A program made the translations under genes and the position numbers. Of a stretch of 64,000 nt of DNA, positions 28,105 through 42,038 are shown in pieces; the stretch's first letter is position 1; each line of letters begins with the position of its first letter. The notes under the pieces are model-generated. The model was given only the letters and a program-made list of their open reading frames with translations, was not told the DNA's origin and ran no database searches. The DNA is taken from the NCBI RefSeq assembly GCF_009914755.1, contig NC_060928.1; one strand, written 5' to 3'. The DNA comes from the human T2T-CHM13v2.0 reference genome, Homo sapiens.

Positions 28105-28214
28105 TTTGCTTTTATGTCTTTTTGTTCCCTCTTATTTTTGGTTTCAAAACTATTGAAAATCCATTGCATAAACCAAAAGTAAGAGACAACAAAAAGACAC
28201 AGTATAAAAGCAAA
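28105..28214. repeat. Imperfect inverted repeat (hairpin)
   Basis: 28105-28144 pairs with 28170-28214 around a 25 nt loop. Confidence 0.85.
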
Positions 28215-28281
28215 GAGACAGGAAAATAAATTGATGTAACTGTAACCAGGTCTGTTATCTAGAGAGTTTCAGAATGGTTTA

Positions 28282-28478
28282 TTACTTGCATTTATCTACC
28301 TTTTCATTTTGGTCTTAACCTCAAAGTTTCATCCTTGTGTAGGCTCAAGGAAGAGGTCAAGTCTTGATTGAATACCTTTCTGAAATGGGTTGGTCTAGGG
28401 TCATCCATTGTTCAAGGATTCCCAGAGAATTTATTCTTGTCTGATACAAAGTCTTGTTCTATTTTTTACGGTCATAGT
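28282..28478 (+). repeat. Direct local duplication, copy 2 (partner 26593-26789)
   Basis: See copy 1. Confidence 0.95.
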
Positions 28479-28752
28479 CAGGCTATCACGTTTTGTCCCA
28501 CAGCAGGTATAAGTTGGCATTCCTGGACTAATTTCTTACCTACCGGAGGTCGTTTCCTACCACCCTTATTCTAAGACTAGAATAGGTTATTTGATCAACG
28601 TGTACATAAGAATACTTTGATCCTTTTTTTCTAGAGCACTTAAATTGTTTAACATGATTAGTTTTTAGTATTTGACCCGGACACCAAGGTGGAATCAGTT
28701 TTTACTATATAAAATTCTCTGTACTAAGGGTTTTTAACTGATATAATGCCAT

Positions 28753-29126
28753 TGTATTAGTCTGTTCTCACACTGCTATGAAGAAATATCCAAAACTGAG
28801 TAATTTATAAAGGAAATAGGTTTAATTGACTCATAGTCTGCAGGACTGGAGAGGCCTCAGGAAACCTACAGTTATGGCAGAAGGTGAAGCAAACATGTCC
28901 TTCTTCACATGGTGGCAGCAAGGAGAAGTGCTGAGCAAAAGGGGGAAAAGCCCCTTATAAAACCATCAGATCTTGTGAGAAGTCACTCACTATCACGTAA
29001 ATGGCATGGGGGTAACTGCCCCCATGATTAAATTACCTCTCACCAGGTCCCTCTTATGACACGTGGAGATTATGGGAACTACAATTAAAGATGAGATTTG
29101 GGTGAGGACACAGGCAAACCATATCA
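28753..29126 (-). mobile_element. THE1D-like solo LTR
   Basis: 'tgtattagtctgttctcacactgct...ttataaaaccatcagatcttgtgaga...ggacacaggcaaaccatatca'. Confidence 0.92.
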
Positions 29127-29496
29127 CTCATCAAGTGGTAATTTTAACAGATGAGAAAACTGAGGAAAGAAAACGTTATGTTACTAGCCCAACGTCTTGG
29201 AACTAAATGGTGCACTTGGCTGGCTTTCTCTGAGCCAACAATGTTGATCTTCATCCTACAATGGCTCTTATCCTGAGCACTCAATTTCAATGGGCACTAA
29301 TCTTGTATTTTTGTTTGCATTATATCCTGGTGTATATCATGGTGTGTACATTTAACAAGCAGTAAATAAACATTTTTGTTGGAGAAACTAATGAATGGTA
29401 TTGTCACAATTTTCTACGGTAAATACAAATATCATTACTTACTACACATTTTGAGTTCCTAGGAAAAACCATGAGGGACAGCCTAGAAAAGCAGTT

Positions 29497-29570
29497 AACC
29501 TGAACGTTGTGCACATGTACCCTAGAACTTAAAGTATAATAAAAATATATATATAAATAAAAAAAGAATA
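29497..29570 (+). mobile_element. L1PA extreme 3' end
   Basis: 'aacctgaacgttgtgcacatgtaccctagaacttaaagtataataaaaa' plus an A-rich tail. Confidence 0.85.
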
Positions 29571-29819
29571 AAAGATTCAGAGATAGACTACCAATGATTG
29601 TATGTCTCTTCTACTATTTGCTAGTCGTGTGATCTTATGCAGTTTGCCTGTCTTATGTCTGTCTAAATGTCTCATATGTAACTTGGATATGAGGACATAA
29701 ATATAACTTATTTATAGCATTGTAGAGGAAATAAATGTTCACAGTGTCTGACATAGAGTTTGTTCTCAATTGATGTTGAATACTATTTTTGTTATTAATG
29801 ACAAAATTGTTTATTTTAA

Positions 29820-30098
29820 GACCCCCAGAGGATGTCTAAAACCATGGATACTACCAAAACCTATATGTGCCGTGTTTTTTCCTATATATGAAGACCTATG
29901 ATAAAGTTTAATTAATTAATCAGGCATGGTGAGAGATTAACAACAAATAATAATGAATACAATAATTATAACAATTTACTTTAATAAAAGTTATGTGAAT
30001 GTTCTCTCTCTCTCAAAATATCTTATTGTACCATATTCAACTATTTCCAGGTAACTAATCCTCGAGAAAGCAAAACCATATGTAAAGGGGGATGACTG
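29820..30098. mobile_element. MER44/Tigger7-like DNA transposon fossil
   Basis: 'acctatgataaagtttaatt...gagattaacaac...aataaaagttatgtgaatgttctctctctctcaaaatatcttattgtac...aaggggggatgactg'-type terminus. Confidence 0.8.
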
Positions 30099-33000
30099 TA
30101 TTTAGACTGTTCTTTGGTACAAAATTCAAGCAAAGTTGAATTCCCACCAAATAATTTATTTGTATATATTTAATGTAATCCTTTATTCATTTAATCTACA
30201 AATATTTATAATTACTAATCATATTTATAGGCATTTTGTTTGTTACTGAGATATCAAAGGGAGAAAAATAGCCATTCTGGGCCATAGAGTCTAGTGGAAT
30301 AGCAATGTGAATATTCGTTACAAAATCAATGAGACATAGGACAGCAATTGTGGGGACAGGTACATTATTTATATTGCTAAAATATATTAAAAGTTATAAG
30401 AATAATAGAATACCTGTATTTGTTTCCAGAAAAAAACATAAGGAAAGGAGGAATATCAATTTAAAATAAAACTCTATAAGAAGATGGGGCCAGATCACTA
30501 GGGTCTTGTGATTTATGTAAGCATTCTTGACATTTATTTCAAATGCTCTGAGACATTACCAAAGTCAAGGAGGAAACTGAGACCTTGACAACTTCAAATT
30601 TGCCCTGGCTCTCGTGTTAATCTTAGATTATTCTCATTAACAGAGCCAGAAACAAGCCCTTTTTATAAATTAAAAATGAAACATATCTATATTCTCCAAT
30701 TTGTGATTTTCTTTTCTTGAAAAGAATAATTTGAATAAAACTATATGAAAATTGTTTGTATGCCTGATGTTCCCTTTTCTTTACATTCTAAATCTATTAT
30801 GGTATCATCAATAAATGGACCTCAGCCTCTTCACATTTTCAAGTGCTCAGCATTTCAATCCCCACTTCCCCAGGAAACATTGCTGACACACGTTTTCTTG
30901 ACTACATTGCAGATTCAGGTTTCCTCTGTTTTCTGATCTCTCCTCAATTCAGTGTCCAGTGTTTCATTAACTATATTCCTTCTCTTAGATTCTCCCACTG
31001 TAAACTCTTTTGTTTCCAGAACTAATCATACAGAGCAATTCTACTCTGCTCCAAAATCTCCTTAAAGATGTGCATATTCATAGTTATCACTGCATGTAGC
31101 AAAAAGCCCCCTAGTTCCCCGTAATAATCTCTTAGAAACTAGTGAAAATTATAAATCACTATTTATTATTACACCCATAGATACATACACAGACACACAC
31201 AATGCAGATTTGATTCTATTGATCAGACAAAATGGCTGTATGAAGTATAAAATACAAGATTATCTATTTCCTTGTTACTAGAATGGCCTCTATTTTTTCA
31301 TAGTAATTATTTGGGATATTAAATTAATATTTGCTTTGCATTTTAGCTAGAAAATAGTCAAAGGATATTAATATTTTAAACTCTCAGACCACCTTAATGT
31401 TCATAAATATTTGTGAAAAAGGGTTTGTTTAAGCTACTATATTAGAAGTGCTAAAAAGTAGCTGCAGGCATTGAACATTGATAGCTAGACAGATGATTGC
31501 TCTGAAATAGCCCTTGGTTACAATTGACAAATTAGCCTGTGACTGATTACACTCCTCCAAATAGTTTATGTAGACCTATCTTATGGATTAGATTCTGTTA
31601 AAACATTTCAAATAAAACTTGTTTTCCCTAAGTTTCAATAAGTTTTTTTATTAATAACAACCTTAGAGTAAAAAAAAGGGCAGATTTTATCTAAGGAGTA
31701 ATAAAGGGAATACATAGAATTAACTATAAAGCTGATGCCCCATTAATCCAAACAACTATCATTCTAGATACCCAGAGACACAAAGACAATTATTTTAGGA
31801 GCATCAAATTTTAATATTTCCTCAATCTACAGTAATGGTACAAATGAGATAGCAATTTCCCAGAAGAAACCTGAAGCGCAGGTAGAGTGTGATCATGAAC
31901 GTTTTTATGCTTACCATTAACTGTAATATAGAGAGCATCTAAAACGTAGTAAATGATTCTGAAAGATCTTTCCCTTTGGAAAGTAAACGTGCTCATATTT
32001 CACCAATCATTGAACAAGCAAACAAAAACAAACCTTTATTAAGCCCTTTGACCTTACCTAACATCACATCTCTTTCGTTTCCTTGACCTTTAAGCTTTGT
32101 GCTAGTGTTCCACATTAAAATTCTGTTTTATTTCTCTTTTATTTCTCTGTCTTTCAATTCACCTCTCAGGTCATCACTACTGAAATCTTCTTTCTAAGAA
32201 ATTCAAGGATGAACATATTACCAAATTCATTAGATAATTTTGGGTTTTTATCCCTTTGATCTTTCTGTCAATTTTAGCAATAATTCAAACCATCCTCCTT
32301 GAAACTCTCTTTTCCCTTACAGGACCACTTTCTTCTGTTCTTCTGATTGTCTTCTATCTCTAGCTTCTCTTTTTTCTTATAGTATTTTGACTTCTTTTTC
32401 TTTTTTTTGCATATTGTTTAAATGATTTTCTAAAAACTATTTAATAGTCCTTGGCAAACTGCTCTTATTTTTACACTCTCTCAAATTAAACACCTCTACT
32501 GCTTCTCATTTTATCCCCAGATCCACTTTGGATGCTGAGATGTAGGACTTTATTCTCAGTGCAACAGCTTCCATATTCCTTAGAGACTGCCAGCCATTTC
32601 ACAAAGTTAATTACCGCTATTGTATTCACTCCAATCCACCTTCCATCGAGCTGTAAAAGTAAAAGAATTATTTTGTAATGTGAAAATCACCTAGTCAAAA
32701 TTCAAGAGTTTCATGTTTTTCAGGAGAGATTTCAAACTCCTTACCTTTGTGCATATGAAATCCAGCCCCCTTCCACCAGTTTTACATATTTTTTCTCTCC
32801 GTAAAAAGCTCTTTAATAAAACCACATGATTTTTCTTGTTTGTATAACATTATTATATTCAGTCTTAAATTGAGTACCACATGTTTGTCAAGCACCTTTT
32901 TCAAGCTCTGGGCCAACAAAGAAGAATACAACCTTAAATCTTTTTTTTATTTTATTTAATTATTTTTTACAACAGAGCTCTCAATCTACTAGAGTGAAGA

Positions 33001-35929
33001 TGCCAAATAAAAAGATAATAGCAATACAGGGTATTTAGCGTTATAATGATAGAGAGAGGTGCATGTAATATATAGAAGAGGATAGCTTAATTTAAACTGG
33101 CTTGGGCCATGGAAAACTCCTAAGAGAAGAGAATGCATGTATTAAATCTTAAAGAATTCAAAACTTTAGGTGAAAAACAAGGTAAAAAATGAGGTATTGA
33201 ATGTCAAGAGCCATTTTAAAACATGTTTTCCAACTATCTAGCAATATATGTTGCTAAATGCTATCTCTAGCCTTAAACTTTCCCTGATCCATGATTTTTG
33301 TTTTTAACAACTTTCTCAGTATCTACACTTGACTGTCTAATACTCATCTAATTGTTTACTATACATCTTCTCCCACTAAAATGTGCTTAGGAAGTGACAC
33401 ATATTAGTTACTTAATAAATATTTGGTAGTCAGCATCGTAAATATAGGATTTCATTTTCAAACCACATAAGTCTTTTGTAAATGCCAGTACTATTGAGAA
33501 TTTGAAAAGTCAGATGCGCTATAAAAGAAGTAAAAAATGCACTGTGAATTTTTTTCTACTATTCTAAAATAAATAGATGCTAATACAGTTCTCCTATTGA
33601 TAGGAGACTTTTTGGATCTTGCACTATTTTTTTTATTGGAATAAAGAATAAATACTCTTTATCTTCATATATTGGTTCTCTTCAAAAACTTTTAACCCAG
33701 CACTATGTTAAAATGTTTACATATCATTACATGTAATGCTTGCAACTAACATCTAAGATAAGTTCAATCATTTGACTCAAGGTTTAACAAGATTAAAAAG
33801 CATGGCTAAATTGGAAGACAGCGTGAAGATTTGACTCTGAGAAGCCTAACCCCACATCATATGTTTTAAGCTATTCTCCTCTCCATAGTTTGATGGATGT
33901 AAAACAATATTTGTAATAAAGAGATTTTTATTCTTTCTTCTAAAATTAAACTAATTTGGATTCTTTCAAAACCTCAATTATATGAAAGATATCCAAATAG
34001 CAGACTTGTTTTTTAACATAAGTATATTTGATGTGGTATCAGAGAAAATGCAGACCAGTTCTATGTAACAAAATTACATATATGTGTGTATGTGTTACAA
34101 ATATATATCCACACACATACATATAAACATTATATCTATAAATGTATGTATTTGTAAGCTTTTGATGATAAATATTTATTTATAAAGTCACAGTTATTCC
34201 TTTTGCTCTCTTTGATAATGTGCAAGTATTTATTAACTTTTAAAAGACACACAATATATATTTCAGTGCAGGTAGACTAGCCTCCTTCTTTTAGTTTTCC
34301 TCAGCAATTTATACCAGCTCTTTGCTACCACACTTGTTATTAATTAAAAATGCCCCTAGTCATGTTTGACCTCTAGTTTTAAGTTAAATAAAGACATTTT
34401 AATGGATTGGACTTAAAATTTACTCTATAAAAATATCCAACCTCTCTTTTTTCCTTTGTCTTTGTAATTTGTCTTCTAAAACCCCTTTGATAATCTCTGA
34501 TGGTAGAGCGCTATGTAGGTTTATTATTTCTAAATTTGTTTCAAAGACCTGAACTCGTCACCTCTGGCCCAGAGTTAATTAAATACAGGTATAATTTCTA
34601 ATTTCCCATTAAACTTGTTTAGCAATGTTATATTCCTCAGGAGTAGTTTGGTTTATTTCCTTTTTTTTTTTTTTTTGGACAGCTTGTGTCAAAAATTAAT
34701 TCTGATTTCAAACAGATGAAATTTCCTCCTATCCAGTGTCTTGAACTATCCCAAGACCTGCAATAGGCAAGATTCAACTAACTCTTCCTTCTGATGATTC
34801 TTGTCTTAAACATTTCAAACAACAAAGTTCCCTCCTGAGAAAATTATGTTCAGTCACTATCACCTTTAAGTGAAAAGATTTGGCTTCAAATGTTCTAGGA
34901 TTTTTTTTCTTCTTTGTGAACAGTAGATTATTATTCTTTGTACTAAATTAATGTCTGAGCAAAGTGAATGTCAGAAATTTGGCCCATGCAAAATTCCATT
35001 TTCTTGTCAGTATATACCAGGTCTTTTTGGCAGAAACTGAAAGGAATAGCAAGCCACTTTGAATAAAATGTGCTGTAACAACCAAAGGGAAACACCAACA
35101 CATTAATTTTGCTGCTCAATTGTTAAGTTATAGCCATAGCAAAATATGGACTTAAAACCCTGCTTTATAACAACGTCTTAATAGAATCAGTGCTTTACCA
35201 AAATGTTACACCTCTCATGTTTGTAATTAAGCAGCATACTTGTATTGAGTTACTCTAAATTATTTTTAATTTATAAGCAGTGAAGACTTTTAAGTACTTC
35301 TATTGAGTTTCCCCATAGAAAATAACTAAAACATATACAGGCAGATGGTAAAGCATATTTTGAACCCAGAATGAGACAGTATTGAATCTCCCACATTTTC
35401 TGATAATTTCAACATTGTAAATGTGTATACAATACATACTAGGGTGCACTGACTTATCATCGCACTGTGGGCCAGCTCCATTTTTCCCACCTACAGAAAA
35501 GTGTTAGGAGTTTATTTGTTAGGTTAATTTTGTATCTTGGCTATTTTGAATAGTGCTGCAACAAACATTTCTTTTCACTTCAATTTATCTTATGGTTAGT
35601 TCAGTTTACATAATCTTTTGAGAGTTCTAATGCATTGAAAAAAGTTATCTCTTTACAGTAGTTCAGATGAATTGAGCAAACCTTGAGGCAACCAGGGTAG
35701 GTAGTAATCAACGAAAGGCCCTCAACTCATGGATTTACCATAAACCCCAAACATAAGTAATGAGTGATTGCTCACCTGCATGGAGATGAACACACTGCCT
35801 AACTTGATTTATCTTCTATCAAGTCTTTATTGGTTAGCTTTTGACACACACACAGACACACAAACACACACACACACACATACACACACTCCAAAATTTA
35901 GTAGCTTGAAATACAACCCATTTACTTGT

Positions 35930-38420
35930 TTTACTTTTTTAGTAATACATGATAATTGTACATATGTAGGGGTAAACTTTGATATTTCAGAACATGTATA
36001 GAATGTGTAATGATCAAATCAGGACCACTAACTTACACATTACCTCATTTATTATGTATTTGTGTTGGAAACCTTCATAATCCTCTCTTTCAGTAATTAA
36101 AAAATATACGATGAATTATTGTTAACTATAGTCGCCCTACAATCTTATAGAAAACCAGGAGTTAATGCTCCTATCTAGATGTAGTTTTTTATCTGTTGAT
36201 TAACCGCTCCCTATCATCCTCTCCCTCCTACCATTTCCATCACCTAATAACCACAATTCTACTCTCTTATTCTATAGCTCAACTTTTTCAATTCCACATT
36301 GATACGGTTTAGCTCTGTGTCTCCACCCAAATCTCATGTTGAATTGTAACCCCCAGTGTTGTAAGTGAGGCCTGATGGAAGGGGATGGGATCATGGCGGT
36401 GGTTTCTCAGGGTTTATCATCATCCCCCTAGTGCTATTTCATGACAGAGTTCTCACAAGACCCGGTTATTTAAAACTATGTGGCACCATCCTCTTTGCTC
36501 TCTCTCTCCTGTTCTGCCATGTGAAGATGTCCGTGCTTCCCCTACACCTTCTGCCATGATTGTAAGTTTTCTGGGGCCTCCCAAGCCATGCTTTCGGTAC
36601 CGCCTTTGGAATTGTGAACCAATTAAACCTCTTTTCTTCATAAATTACCCAGTCTCAGGTAATTCTTTATAGCAATGTGAGAACAGACTAATACACACAT
36701 ATGGGTGAGAATACACGATATGTTTTCTTGTAACTGGCTTATTTCACTTAAGAAAATGAGCTCCAGTTTCATTCATGTTTTCATAAATAAAAGGATTTTA
36801 TTCTGTTTTATGGCTGAATAATATTACATTGTGTATATATACTATATTTTCTTTACCTATTTATCTGTTGATGGACACTTAGGTTAATTTCATACCTTGG
36901 CTATTGTAAATAGTCTGCAATAAACATGGAAATGCATGCATCTCTTCATTATACTGATTTTTTTCCTGTGGTAAAGAATTCAGTAGTGGATTGTTGGATA
37001 ATATGGTATTTTTATTTTAATTTTTTGAGGAACCTGCATACTATTTTCCATAATGTGTATACTACTTTACATTCCCAACAACAGCATATAAGAATTCCCT
37101 TTATCTTTTTATCCTCACTAGCATCTGTTACTTGTGTCCTTTTGATAATAGTCATCTAATTGGTTGAGATGATACCTCATTGTGGTTTGGAGTTGTATTT
37201 CCGTGATTAGTGATGTTGAACATTTTTCATATATTTCTTGGCCAATTATATGTCTTCTATGGAGAAATGTCTATTCATGTCTTTTGCCCATTTTTTTTCA
37301 ATGTGATTATTTGGGAGTTTTTGGTGTTTAATTGATATCTTTTTTTATTCTGGATATTAATCGCTTATCAGATGGATAATTTGCAAACATTTTCTCCCAT
37401 TCTACAGTTGTCTCTTCACTTGGTTGATTGCCTTCTTTTCTGTGCAGAAGCTTTTATGTTTGAGGTAATACCATTTGTCTATTTTTCCTTTCGCTGCCTG
37501 TGCTTTTGAGGTTTCATCAATAGAATCTTTGGCCAGACCAATGTCCTGAAGCACTTACTCTGTGTTTCCTTCTAGTAGTTTTATAGTTTCAGGTCTTACA
37601 TGTAAGTCTTTAATCTATTTTGTTTGATTTTATAAATGGTGAGAAATAGGGGTCTAGTTTCATTCTTCTGCATATGGTTATTCAGTTTTCCCAGCACCAT
37701 TTATTGAAGTGATTGTCCTTTCCCCAATGTATATTCTTTACACCTTTGTCAAAATAAATTGACTTTAAGTGCATGGATTTATTTTTGGATTTTCCATTCT
37801 GTTCTGTTGGTCTGTGTGTCTATTTTATGCTAATATCAATCTGTTTTGGTTAATATATCTTTCTATACAATTTGGAATCAGGTAGCATGATGCTTCCAGC
37901 TTTGTTCATTTTGTGTAGCATTGCCTTAGCTATTTGGAAATTTTTTTTGGTTCCATAAGAATTTTAAGTTTTCTTTGCTATTTCTGTGAAAAATGCCATT
38001 GGTATTTTGATAGGGATTACACTTAATCTAAGATTGCTTTAAGTAATATAGATATTTAAACAATATTATTTTTTCTAATTCATGAGCTTGGGATAACTTT
38101 TAATTTTTTGTGTCTTCTTCAATTTTTTTCATCAGTGTTTTATAGTTTTCTTTGTAGAGGTCTGTCACTTCTTTGGTTAAATTTATTTCTAAGTATTTCA
38201 TTACTTTTACATAACTATGGTAAATGGGATTGATTTCTTGATTTCTTTTACAGCTATTTTGTTGGTGGTGTGTAGAAACACTAACATTTTTTTCATGTTG
38301 ATTTTGTATCCTGAGAAATATCCTGAATTTGTTTGTCATTTCCAAGAGGTTGTTTAGGGAAACTTCAGGTTTTATAAAACATGAGATCATGTACTTTGCA
38401 AACAGAAATAATTTGACTTC
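35930..38420 (-). mobile_element. Old L1 (L1MA/PB-like) 3' UTR and ORF2 fragment
   Basis: Antisense ORF2; ORF 38100-38438(-) includes 'KYLEINLTKEVTDLYKENYKTLMKKIEEDTK'. Confidence 0.92.
36300..36695 (+). mobile_element. MSTA-like solo LTR inserted in L1
   Basis: 'tgatacggtttagctctgtgtc...gaacagactaataca' with a perfect 5 bp TSD 'cacat' (36295-36299 and 36696-36700). Confidence 0.93.
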
Positions 38421-40148
38421 AAGGTGCATATTACCCATTTGATTCTTATCCTATGATACTTTGCATAGTTTTAGGTGTGTTCCTCCTAAAACACTATCTT
38501 TTATTGAGAAAGGGTTCATGCTTTACAGCACTTGTTTATCCAATGTCGGCCACAAGGCCCTAAACCTGCAGATACTCAACATGTTTGATGACTATTGATG
38601 ATTATAAGAGCCCATAATCTCAATATTATAACGTGTAGAAAGGTATTTACAGTACAGTGTAAGTGAGGAAACAGTGATGAAGGGTGGGAAGATAAAGTTG
38701 GTAATTTTAATACTTGTTTTAGTGTTAGCATCTTCGGATTTTTTTTTTATTTTTTCTAGAGGAAGGCAAATAGGCAAATGTTATATTATAGTTTGTTCCT
38801 TCCATTCCTCCATCTTCCCCTAAATAACTGAGCTATTTGTGGCCTAGCAATATAACACCCCATCAAAGATCTTACAGGAGAAAAATCAAAGGTATAAAGA
38901 AGGAAAGAATACATCCTTTGCAAAAGCACTCATTTTTCTTGAGTTTCCCAATTACTTCCAAGAAGCCAAGGATTGCTTACTCTTCCTAATAATTGTTTTG
39001 AGCTCTATTTTGTTTTAATAGTCAAAACTCATATGATTTGGATAGAAATAGTACTCTTCAATGGAAGAATCAAGTTATGGCAGAAAATTAATCGAGTCAT
39101 GTTCTAAATTAAAGATTTAGGTGCCCTTGATTCTGTCCTCCTTAAGACCTTGCGAAGGTTCAGCTGACAGTCTGGTTTCTATTTCAAAGCATTAAAAATG
39201 AAATCCTAGGGAAGAAATTCTGTGACTTGATTTGTTCTTGAAATTAAAATAAGCATGAAAGGAAACAGATCAGTATATGCAAATAAGAGTTTAAATTAAT
39301 AAATAATTGCAATAATAATAATACAGTATAAAGTAAACACAAAAGTATTACCTGATAATTGTTCTTGATGAAAAATACAGGTTTCACATCATCAAAACAC
39401 TTTATATTCTGATGCTGTTTGGAATTAATTGTATATTCTAATCAGAAAAGAATTGCAAAGTAAATACATATTAATTTAATTGGTTAAATGTTAAAAAATA
39501 TATGTTTTAATAAGTACTAGTGTTATGGGTGCATTAAAAAAATACAGCTCATTCAGCACAAAGTGAATCTATGCATAAATGCCAGAATAGCTAGTGGGTA
39601 AATCTGACCTGTTACTAGAAATAGCTGGTTTGAAAGCTAATACTAGGGATTGGTAATGCTCTTTCCTCAAAGCACAATACAGATTTATCATGCTTTTCCT
39701 TTGGGGTAGATGAAGTGCTGACATAACAATTCATTGCAGAAATCAGCCTGTTCAAATCCAGAAGGACAAACTACTTCAGAAACACTTTGCCTCTTTAAAG
39801 GCAATTTTTAGAGCTGTTGAACTCTGGAACTTTGTTCGAAGTATTTCCTCGTTTAAGAAACCACCTTAAATAAATCTATCTTGTGACCTTCAATTCTCAT
39901 CCCCTCTAGTATGTATAGCATGTTATTGAAAGAGAAAAAATTTCTCCTCTTTTACTTAAATTTGCATGTATGTAGACTTATATCTACTTTATTATAATTT
40001 CTAATTAACTGTCTAAATGTTTTTCGCATATGACCTCTTTTGGGAAAACAGAAAAAACAGAAAACTGAAAAACACCAGATCTATCTTTATATATCTTGGA
40101 GAAAATATTGTTTCAAAAGCGTACACCCACGCACCCACGCACACACGG

Positions 40149-40157
40149 GCGCGCGTG

Positions 40158-40186
<29 letters not shown>
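40149..40186. repeat. (GC)n/(CA)n alternating purine-pyrimidine tract
   Basis: 'gcgcgcgtgcacacacacac...' read directly. Confidence 0.95.
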
Positions 40187-40188
<2 letters not shown>

Positions 40189-41023
40189 TTAAAGTTATTC
40201 TCTTAGATATCCTTCCAGGCTACGACAGCATTCTATTTTCTTAAACTAAAGCAATTGACTTATACTGCTCCTTCTGTCTTCAGCAGTTTAAATACTATTT
40301 TGAATTCTCTAAACCCACTGTTACATATTTTCACCAAAATCTTGCACAAAAGTGTTATTTTTGCACAAATATATAATGAAGTGATATTTCTATTTAGAAA
40401 TGTTTACTCACGTTGTTACAGTTTCTTACTGTTTAACGTAGAATTCAAAAGCCTCCAGTTTTCCTGCATGCATCTTCTGAAAGGCGGTAAAACTTCCTTT
40501 TTGGGGAGCTCAGGATCTGGAGCCTCACTGGCTGGAACCAAGGCACAATTCTGATGCTTACTTATGAAAAGTTAGTCAAATCATTGTATAGTGATGGGCC
40601 TCATTTTCCTTATCTCTAAAATAGAGGTAATAATTACATTTTCCCTGTATACTTGTTTTAAGAATTAAATGTGTTAATACGGGTAAAACACCTAAATGGT
40701 ACCTGGAATATAGACAATGCTATTTATTATTTGCTATAATTAAACACTATATAAATTCAAATAACACTCGTTTATTTGCTCTAATTTTATTTTACTCCAG
40801 TTTCTCCAAAATTTGAAATTTTTATAAACCACGCATTGCAACCTCCCACACATTTGTTTGACATCTATAAAATGTTGTGCATGTTTCTAAGTATGTTCTG
40901 TACCACATACAGCTGTAAGTGCTCCAACTAACAAAACCAGACAGGTGTGCAGGAAATATTGTGAAAACCAACCTATTGATGACAATGGTGACAATGACAG
41001 TTGACAAGAGGAGAGCGATTATT

Positions 41024-41432
41024 ATTATTTTTTTATTATTATTATACTTTAAGTTTTAGGGTACATGTGCACAACGTGCAGGTTTGTTACATACATATAC
41101 ATGTGCCATGTTGGTGTGCTGCACCCATTAACTCGTCATTTAGCATTAGGTATATCTCCTAATGCAATCCCTCCCCCCTCCCCCCACCCCACAACAGTCC
41201 CCGGTGTGTGATGTTCCCCTTCCTGTGTCCATGTGTCCTCATTGTTCAATTCCCACCTATGAGTGAGAACATGCGATGTTTGGTTTTTTGTCCTTGCAAT
41301 AGTTTGCTGAGAATGAAGGTTTCCAGCTTCATCCATGTCCCTACAAAGGACATGAACTCATCATTTTTTATGGCTGCATAGTATTCTGTGGTGTATATGT
41401 GCAACATTTTCTTAATCCAGTCTATCATTGTT
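41024..41432 (-). mobile_element. 5'-truncated L1PA with TSD
   Basis: ORF 41246-41428(-) is the ORF2 C-terminus (DWIKKM..GTWMKLET..HRMFSLIGGN). TSD 'gagagcgattatt' at 41011-41023 and 41433-41445. Confidence 0.97.
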
Positions 41433-41668
41433 GAGAGCGATTATTTTTAATGATGCATCTGGAGCTTCTTTGAAAATTCTAAATGTTAATGAAAATGACA
41501 TGTTAAAAGTTTTGGAAAATGTGTAAATTCCAAAAATTTATAAAACAACAATAATTTAAAAAGCAACAAAACGCTTGAGAAACTGCAGAAGAGATATCAA
41601 GGAAGAAAGATCAAATCAAAGAATAAAACTAAAAGCCAAATCTATTAAAACATTAAAACATGACAAAG

Positions 41669-42038
<370 letters not shown>

